Source of the DNA: Eledone cirrhosa
Lineage: Eukaryota
Direction: 5' to 3'
Assembly (NCBI GenBank): GCA_964016885.1
Contig: OZ024741.1
Location: 211,358,001 to 211,422,000, forward strand
DNA length: 64,000 bases
Part shown: positions 54,943 through 64,000 of the stretch, one piece after another
How positions within the stretch are numbered: position 1 is the first letter of the stretch
Layout: every line of letters starts with the position of its first letter
Notes under the pieces: model-generated
Seen by the model: the letters and a program-made list of their open reading frames with translations, nothing else
Told to the model about the DNA's origin: nothing
Databases searched by the model: none
Program-made: the position numbers and the translations under genes

Positions 54943-57162
54943 ATGCCCAACCTGAGATCCTTTCTCCACCAACTACATAATCGCCTCAAACTTTTCCTCA
55001 ACCCCCTCCTCCCACCCTGCTATCTCCCCTCTGCCCTTCAACTCTCCTACCTTCTCTTCGCCAAAACCCAGCACTCCAGCCACATCCATTTCCTCAGCCA
55101 CTGCCTCCGCTTCCACCTTATCCCCCTCGGCTTCCGGCTACACTTCCACCTTTCCCGCACTAAGCTACAGGCACATTTCGGCCGAACGCCACCGGCTCCG
55201 GACGCCCCAGACCCGTTTCTCGCCCTGGGCCGACGACCATTTTCTTGGACGCCGGCCCCAGGGCAATTTAGCACCCTGGACGCCTTCGTCGATGCCAGCC
55301 GTAGCGCAGTAAATCGTTTCGACATCCGCCACCGTTCCAAACGGTACAATATCTCACGGGGCGAACTCCTCGCTCTCCGCTCTCTCCGTAGCCGAGATGA
55401 CATCGTCATCAAACCGGCGGACAAGGGAGGCGCCGTAGTGGTGTGGCGCGTGGACCTCTACACGGCCGAAGCCCTCAGGCAGCTCTGTAACCCCCTCTTT
55501 TACCGCCCTCTACCCTCCGATCCCACCCCCTCTACCAACAACAAGTCTCCTCCACCATCAAAGACCTTATCGCCTCCTCCCTCCTCCCCCACCGCTTCCC
55601 ACCTCATCGTCTGCACCCCCCGCACCCCCACCATCTACTTCCTCCCCAAACTCCACAAACCCGACAACCCCGGCCGCCCCATCGTCTCCGCTTGCAACTG
55701 CCCCACCGAACTCATCTCCGCCTTTCTCGACTCCCTCCTCGCCCCCCTTGTCACCACCCTCCCCTCCCACATCTCCGACACCAATCACGCCCTGCGCCTT
55801 TTCGACTCCTTCACCTACCCACCCGGCCCACAGCCCTTCCTCTTCACCCTAGACATCAAGTCCCTCTATACCGTCATCCCCCACGCCGACGGCCTTCGCG
55901 CCCTCAAACACTACCTCGACCTTCGCCCCTCCCCCATTCCCTCCACCCCACCCACCTTGGCCTCGCCGAGCTGGTCCTCACCCTGAATTGTTTCTCCTTC
56001 TCGGGTGAGTTTTACCAACAGGTCACGGGGGTAGCCATGGGTACAAGAATGGGCCCGAACTATGCCAACCTTTTTGTTGGCCATGTTGAGGCCCAAATTT
56101 TTGCCCAGTACACCGGCTCCACGCCCGAACTGTACGGTCGTTACATTGACGACTGTATCGGAGCCACGACCCTCACCCGAGAACAGCTCGACTCCTTTCT
56201 CTCCTTCTTCTGCTCCTTCCACCCCTCCCTCCACTTCACCACCTCTATCACCACCACCCACGTCCACTTCTTAGACATCTCCGTCGCCTTCGACCCCTCC
56301 CACCACTCCCTCGTCACCTCCGCCTTCTTCAAACCCACCGACTCCCACTCTTACCTCGACTTCACCTCTTCCCACCCCACCCACACTAAACACTCCATTC
56401 CCTACTCCCAACTTCTCAGGATCCGCCGCCTCTGTAGCCGAGATGCTGACTTTGAGTCCCAGGCCCTTTCCCTAGTCAGCCATTTCATCCGCAGAGGTTA
56501 CCCCCCTCTCTCGTCCACACATCTCTCACCCGCACCCGTGCTGTCCCCCGCTCCACCACCCTCACCCCACGCCACCGCACACCCACCCACCGTCTCCCCT
56601 TCCCCATCACCTACCACCCCTCCAACTTACCCCTCCACCACACCATTCGCCGCCTCTTCCGACGCCTCCAGTCCGACCCCTCCACCTCCCACATCTTCCC
56701 AACCCCACCACTCCCCTCCTTCAAACGCGCACGCAAACTCCGCACCCTCCTCGTCCACAGCTCCCTACCCCCCAACCCACGCTCTGTTCCTCCCCCGGTT
56801 CCTTTCCCTGTTCTAGGCCCCGCTGCAACACCTGTCCCAACATCACCAACACCACCACCTTCCAGGGTCCCAACGGCCACTCTCTCTCTGTCCGGCATGC
56901 CTTCCGCTGCACCTCCTCCAACCTAGTGTACGGACTTATGTCGGACAGACGGGGCGTCGCCTGGCGGACCGATTCACCGAGCACCTCCGGGATATTCGTC
57001 TCGGGGGTAGTTCCCCCATCGCCCGCCACTTTGGTGGCCCTGGACATTCCGCACGCCATCTCACAGTCTGTGGCCTACTCCAGTGCCACGGAACACCCGC
57101 CAATCTTCATCTTACAGACCCACACTCCCCCCGGCCTGAACTCCCCACCCTTATTCCTTTAG
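54943..57162 (+). pseudogene. PLE polyprotein (RT, Cys linker, GIY-YIG endonuclease), frameshifted
   Basis: IKPADKGG, LPKLHK, GRPIVS, LDIKSLYT, GVAMGTRMGP, RYIDD, SSHP; CSRPRCNTCP linker (Neptune hallmark); CTSSNLVY/YVGQTGRRLADRFTEH; ends near PPGLN. Confidence 0.9.
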
Positions 57163-58639
57163 CCTTCGACCGCCCCCTTCCCCCCCACTAAAACCACTAA
57201 CACACCCCTCCTTTTCACCGCCCACCCCACAACTAACAATACTAACACCTCCACTCCGCCCCTCATCTGACCACCCTTCCCCAACTAACATACTAACATC
57301 CCTCCCTTCTTCCCCCCTCCTTATCACACGCACACACCCACCGGCACATATACACACGCGCTCACACTAAACACACACCCTACTACCACCACTAACCCTC
57401 ACTCCCACACCTCTCACCCCCACACCTCCATCCCACCACCCCGCAACTAACCTCACTAACACCCCCTAACCCCAAGCACACGAACACACGCACCCACTTA
57501 CACCACCCACCCCACACGCAACTAACATCACTAACACCCCCAACCCCACGCACACGTACCCACACACCCTCGTACACCACCAACTCTACACACCCCACCA
57601 CCACTAACCCCCACTCACACCTGCATTCAACCCCTCCCCACCCCCCGTATACCAACACCCACTAACACCCCTTCGCCAAACTACACACACACCAGTACAC
57701 CACACTCCCTCCATAGAACCACACACACCCTTCTTTCCCCGCTCCACCCACACCCTCGCTCCACACTCACTTATCCCACTAACACCTCTACTAATACACA
57801 CACACACACCCTCCTCACTCCAACTTTCACACCTACCCATCCTCGCCCCTTTACCATTCCACCGACTGCTGCTATGCCCTCTGACCACCTCCCAGCACAA
57901 ACAGACACACAGCACTCCCACTGCTTGACCACTTCCTGTTGCGCGCGCACCCCACATCTCTCCTCTTCCGACCGTCGCTTCATGGAATACCCGCACGCAG
58001 AAATTGACCAACACAAAATCCGCTATACACCTTTGGAATTTACCTACTTTTCAACCATCCTCTTACGTAATCACCTATATAACTCACCCACACACACACA
58101 CCCAAAACATTTTTTTCTTCACACGCCACCTACACCCACACAACGCTTAAACCCCACACACACGTGCTTTCCACCACATATTTACACCCCCAGCCTCCTG
58201 ATTCCTCTCCCCCCCAACCCTCTATCCACACACGCACATACACTCCGACCCCTCCCCCCACACACACACCTCTTCCTGAACATGTAACCCCGTTCTTCCC
58301 CCAACCCTTACTTTCACATACACACACACACACACGTACACCTACACACACACCACCTTCAGCCCTCCCCGCTCGGACACCCCGTCTCCCTCTCCCCACT
58401 CCACCCGCCACCACCCCTACACACCCCACACCCTTCCACCACCTGTTTTACCCCCCTTTTAATTTCAGTTTATTTTGATCATGCTTTTATTTTTAAATTA
58501 TTTCATTCCTTGTATTTTGATCATGCTTTATTTTTATTTTTATCTTTATTTTTTTATTTTTTCATTCGCACCGTTTCCTTTCGCTATATGTCTCTCCACC
58601 ACTCCTCCACACACCCTTTGAACTCTGTTCCCACACACT

Positions 58640-58678
58640 TCTCACCTGAGGAAGGGCTTATGCCCGAAACGTCGTCCC
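58640..58678 (+). ncRNA. Minimal PLE hammerhead (3' pLTR)
   Basis: Core identical to the 5' pLTR copy at 53478-53505. Confidence 0.72.
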
Positions 58679-58763
58679 CCACCAACACTCCACTCTCCAG
58701 AGCGTGAAATTAATAAACATTCGTTGTACTGCCTCTCTGTTTTGTCCCTGTTCAAATTTTTCC

Positions 58764-58817
<54 letters not shown>

Positions 58818-58818
<1 letters not shown>

Positions 58819-59731
58819 GAGGTGTGTCAGAAAAGTTCCAGGACTGATGTCACAAAAGATTTATTTCAAACCCTAACTTCACACTGAGAGTTTTCTCCTT
58901 CAAAGTCTCCCTGGAGTCTAATGCACTTTTCCATCCTTTTCTGCCACGCTTGCATGCACTCCAGGAGGGATTCTTCCGGGATCCTCCGTAGTTCCGTCGT
59001 CATGGCCTTTTTGATGTCGCTCACGTCTTCAAAACCGGTCCCCTCCGGGTCGTACTCGAAGATCCATGACTCATCACCGGTGATGACTGTCCCTAGCAAG
59101 TCTGGTTCGGTTTCAAGACGCTCGATGATGTCCTGGCATACTTGCCAGCGTCGACCCTTCTGGTCATCGTTCAGCAGTTTTGGCACCATCTTCGCGCAGT
59201 CTTTCCGCATGTCCAAATCTTCAGTGAGAATCTTCCAGACGCTGTCCCGATTCATGCCAAGCTCATTTGCCATCAGTCGAACAGTCAGCCAAAGATCGTT
59301 ACGCACCATCTGCCTGACGCGCTCAACGTTGACCTCAGTCCTGGCTGTTGAGGGCCATCCGCTCCTGGGGTCATCTTCCACGTCCTCGCGTGCTTCTTTA
59401 AACCTCTTGCACCACTCAAAAACACGTGAGCGTGACATTGTCTCACCTCCCTACACTTGCTGCAGCAATCCCAGTGCTTCTGATGGAGTTTTCCCCAACC
59501 GTACTAGAAACTTCAAATTTGTTCTTTGCTCTGTGCTCATTGCTTGACGTCCTGAAACAGAGGACATGAATATAAAATTATGAAGAAAATAGTTTGATCG
59601 CTGCAGGGAGCTAAGATTACAGTTACATACTCCAGGGGGATTACTTTGAAGGAGAAAACTCTTAGTGTGAAGTTTGGGTTTGAAATAAATCTTTTGTGAC
59701 ATCAGTCCTGGAACTTTTCTGACACGCCTGG
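58818..59731 (-). mobile_element. Internally deleted mariner with ~90-100-bp inverted ends, inserted in TA
   Basis: TIRs CGAGGTGTGTCAGAAAAGTTCCAGGACTG.. / ..CAGTCCTGGAACTTTTCTGACACGCCTGG; transposase from ATG 59540 (EQRTNLKF, VFEWCKRF, DDPRSG, ITGDESW) with a stop at 59451 and loss of most of the catalytic domain after YDPE. Confidence 0.92.
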
Positions 59732-59767
59732 TATATATATATATATACATACACACACACACAAACA

Positions 59768-59810
<43 letters not shown>

Positions 59811-59819
59811 GCGCACACG

Positions 59820-59900
<81 letters not shown>

Positions 59901-60282
59901 ACACACACATACATATATATATATGTGTGTGTGTGATCTACATACACTCGTCATAGACACACACACATATACACACACACTCACATATATATAAACACAA
60001 CAAATCCACCATCTCTCTCTCTCTCTCTCTTCCATTCTCCTTCTGTCTCCTTTTCTCTTCCTCTCTATGTTTCTCTCTCAATCTACTCTCTCATAACCAC
60101 TTTCTCTTTCTCTCTATCCTTCTCTCTCTCTATTTATGAAGGTATCCAGAAAACTCCATATCTAGGGACCGTGCTCCGATTTACGCGAAACTTGTTTTAT
60201 TCCATTTGTATTCCCATTTCAGGGGCACTTCCTTTTAAATTATTTTCCCATTACGCACCCTTTTGGCTATATTATATTACAG

Positions 60283-60313
<31 letters not shown>

Positions 60314-60475
60314 CAGAATTTTAGTAGAATATAGATAATAAGAGCATTGGCTGTCTGTCCGTGAGTTCGTCGTTCCGTCCGTCTCACTCACTTTATATAG
60401 AGAGGGCGAAGCGCCAAGCAAGAGATATGTCATAGATAGAGAGAGAAAAGGAACGCCATTTCTTTTGAGAGAGGT

Positions 60476-60526
<51 letters not shown>

Positions 60527-61470
60527 GAGAGAGAGAGAGAGTGTGTGTGTGTGTGTGTGAGATAGAAAGAGAGGTGTACCTCGCTCTCATCTAGTAATTA
60601 CAAAAAAGAATCATTAAGGAAAATTGATTGACTGAAAATTCGTTAAATATGGTGCCAGAACAGGGTCACAGTCTTACGACTAATACCAGTACATCAGTAA
60701 AAGAATATTATCGACCCTCTGAAAAGGGAAGTAAAGGAAAAATATCAAATTCGATCTGAATGTGAAGCTTAGATTTTGGCAAGATTTTAGTATACATAAC
60801 AAGCATTTTAATGCCATTTTCCCCACTCAAGCAGGAGGTAAATTTGTGGAACCATGACAAGCTCTGTACACATCATGCGGTCTTTTTCGAGGTAATGTTT
60901 TACAGCTTGATGTCTTTCCCGGCGCCAACCCTTTTAGTCGCCTCTTACGACACGCAGGGATACGGTGTATCTATTCTGAACCGGATACATGCAGCAATAC
61001 AAGTTTTACTACATATTACAGCATCGTTTGCTCTAGCATACTGCGTTGTAATATCTAGTTATAGCTTGTTGAAAATACAAACGACGTAGCGAAATAGTAG
61101 GATAGCAGTTAAAATATTTTCAACTGACAAGCAGAGGGTCGTGACATTGAATAAAGTCTAGCCTTCCATTAGGGAAATGTAAAACAGAACAGAATAAAAG
61201 CATCTGCAAATGGATCCTGTAATTGTTTCAACATAACAATTACCATAGCAAAAGGGTTTAGGACGAATATTGCGCTGCTATAGAAAGCGAAAATCTCTGA
61301 TATGCCGTTGCTTGCAAGTCACAAATTATATACACAGATCATCTCCAACAACAGCAACAACTATATCAGCAACAGCAAGACAGCAATAACAACAACAACG
61401 ACAGCAATAACAACGACATCAACAACAACAGCAATAACAACGACATCAACAACAACAACAATAACAAATT

Positions 61471-61542
<72 letters not shown>

Positions 61543-62259
61543 TGAGATTTTCTAATCCTAAAAGAGGATAAAAGTATATTATTACGACAAGCGAAGCAAT
61601 TCGCATTAAAAGGTTTAGGGAATGGAATTGGAATGAGATAGACAGAACAAGCAGGAATAAAGAAGAAACAGTAGCCGGACTTTTGAATAATTGGAAACAT
61701 GTGTCATTGCATAATGGCTGTTATTCTGGTTAGCCGAGGTTTTTACAATAAGGATAGAAAGAGACCAGGTAATTGTACAGATTCATAGCGAAATTAATTA
61801 GTTGGTGCACGGTCACATATTGCCCTACAGGTATAATTTGAAGTGCCTTCTACGGTCCCAGAATCCTCCTAAAATGGATTGGGATATAGGAAGAGAATTT
61901 AAACAGATGTGTGTTTAATTTCCCAATTGAATATAACGTGCAAATACAGATTTAGCGATAATTTTCTCCTATGGTTATTTGACAATTTAAAACTGTTTTT
62001 ATCCCAAATGCAGCACGACCAAATCAAGCTATTAAAATGACTTTCCGCTGTTCTATGTGACGCAACCCGCCTGCAGGTCATTGAAGAGAATGGATGTTAA
62101 GCTTGAAGAAAAATTGGAGATTTGATCAAGTTATTTATTATAAAAGCTGACATGGTTCAACGTAAATATTCATTCCTAGTTTGTTAAAGATAAAGAATTA
62201 AATTAGGTCAAACCTGTAATTTACAATTTAAAGATTATTATATATGCAATACATGCACC

Positions 62260-62299
<40 letters not shown>

Positions 62300-62377
62300 T
62301 GAAAAATGGCGAGCTGTGTTGTTGCAAATATGATATATATAATAAAATGTAGATTTAGAAATAGAAGCCAGGACTAT

Positions 62378-62424
<47 letters not shown>

Positions 62425-63058
62425 GAAACACACAGATACATGCGGACACACACATATACATGAATGCATCCACACCCAACCGTGAGTTAATGGTGCCAAC
62501 CTTACCGATGTTGCTCAATGAATGACTGGGACAGACCAATCCGGTTGAACTAGACTGAACCAGTATCAGAGTTAATAATAGATTATGAAGAGAGAAGGAA
62601 CATTTAGATATAATTAGTAATAAAATGTATCGCGTGACTATCTCCCCTATCAGTCTAGTTCAACCGGATTGGTCTGTCCCAGTCATTCATTGAGCAACAT
62701 CGGTAAGGTTGGCATCATTAACTCACGGTTGGGTGTGGATGCATTCATGTATATGTGTGTGTCCGCATGTATCTGTGTGTTTCTAAATATATTGTTCATA
62801 ACTCCCTCTGGTCGAGTAATCTTTGAAGTGTAGTGACTGCTGGAAAGCTGCCATTACTCATACTTCTCGCCTCCTTCACCACCTCTTCTACGGCTTCGAT
62901 ATGAATACCCCCTCCGCCTCCGTGGTATTTTCTTCGGGGTTATAAGAGGCTTAGCTCTGTTTCTCGACCGTTATATCGCGTGACTATCTCCCCCTCCGCC
63001 TTTTGGGATTCTTTCTCACGTCGTGTAGACGCGTTCTTGAAGCTAGTAAAATGAGGTA

Positions 63059-63148
63059 TCCTCTTGATAAGTCGGCAGACCTCGCGAGGACTCTATATCT
63101 TTATGATGTATTGTTTTTGTTTATGCCACGAAACTACGTAGTCGAGGA
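63059..63148 (+). ncRNA. Type I hammerhead with a U3-A8 variant core
   Basis: UCCUC-UUGAUAA-GU(C)GGCA..UGCCAC-GAAA-CUACGUAG-UC/GAGGA: perfect 5-bp stem I, palindromic stem III ACUACGUAGU, GUC site. Confidence 0.75.
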
Positions 63149-63214
63149 ATCTAGGAGCAGTTTAGGTACGATACATTTTATTACTAATTATATCTAAATG
63201 TTCCTTCTCTCTTC

Positions 63215-63262
<48 letters not shown>

Positions 63263-63324
63263 ATATATATATATATATAATACGGAAAACGAAGAATCAG
63301 TGATGCATCGGAACACAATTTATT

Positions 63325-63417
63325 ACGTATTACAATTGTTTCTCCGGCGAACAGTTCGAGGTGCGATCTGTTTGTGGATCGAATCTGACTCTGGAGTCGC
63401 AAGTTCCTCAGATACGT
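63325..63417 (-). ncRNA. Type I hammerhead with a large stem II insert
   Basis: ACGUAU-CUGAGGA-ACUUGCGA..UCGCCGGA-GAAA-CAAUUG-UA/AUACGU: perfect 6-bp stem I, palindromic stem III. Confidence 0.75.
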
Positions 63418-63547
63418 CTAGTGACTTCGAAGCAAATTCTCTTTCTTGTTCCGAACGATCATAGACTGCTCAACCGGCACACTGCCTATGGACGCATCCA
63501 AGAAACCATACTACACACACTCATATATATATATATATATATATTTA

Positions 63548-63736
63548 TAATTGTTTCTTTCTTCTGGCACAAGAGTAGCAAATACCCAGTGCATTACTGG
63601 TACTTTATTTTATCGACCCCGTAAGGATGAAAGGTAAAGTTAACCTCAGCGGGATTTGAACTCAGAATGGTAAGGGCCGTAACTCTATGCGTCAAAACAT
63701 GGCGTCCGACCCTCTACCGATACTGCCAATCCACCG
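63548..63736 (-). mobile_element. tRNA-derived SINE
   Basis: Near-consensus reverse copy. Confidence 0.9.
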
Positions 63737-64000
63737 TAAAGATATACGGAATGCCTGAAAACCAAACGGTGGCATGCTAATGTCTGGAAAAGCTCCCGTC
63801 TTCAACTGCCTATTCAAAGATGGCTGACCCTGGTATAAAGAGAAACATTTTTAGACGAGATGTTGAAGCTACAACTACTTCTCATTATCTTCCATTCCGT
63901 GTCGACGGTTGAAAACTTTAGTAACAAGAGTATACTACTTTCGAATTCCATGGAAGAAATGGATACAGAAAACAGGAAAAAAAGTCACAATACAAACGCT

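Larger units (their letters stand above)
52923..58767 (+). mobile_element. Penelope-like element (Neptune-type) with direct pseudo-LTRs
   Basis: Direct repeats 52923-~53598 and 58057-58767 flank an RT-GIY-YIG ORF; each repeat carries a hammerhead and AATAAA; the element ends in (TA)n. Confidence 0.92.

Noticed and set aside
60137-60596. Helitron/DINE-like fragments with (GCAA)n and a CTAGT end
   Set aside because: Termini and hairpin are not clearly defined.

Overview
Eukaryotic, repeat-dense, non-genic (intergenic or intronic) DNA. The abundant (TA)n/(CA)n/(GA)n microsatellites and the tRNA-derived SINE family resemble an octopus/cephalopod genome; this is an inference, not verified. No host gene is confidently visible, and most ORF-track entries are translated microsatellites. 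Content: a 46/53-bp satellite (1-5392); a 5'-inverted RTE-type LINE; a full-length Tx1/L1-clade LINE with TSD nested in a Helitron remnant; a second, decayed Tx1 copy on the opposite strand; a Neptune-type Penelope-like element with pLTRs; further PLE and R4/Dong remnants; a deleted mariner; about 20 SINEs; and several minisatellites. Two signals stand out. (1) At least ten type I hammerhead ribozyme motifs from several unrelated small elements sit next to (TA)n. Several have recurrent non-canonical cores (U3-A8 covariation, U4C, U.U or A.A at pair 10.1-11.1, large stem II inserts, palindromic stem III) and inverted copies of their 3' tails. (2) Two clearly diverged Tx1 copies share an amber (TAG) codon at the same aromatic position of RT, which raises a testable editing/readthrough hypothesis. 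All alignments and folds were done by eye, so coordinates may be off by a few bases.
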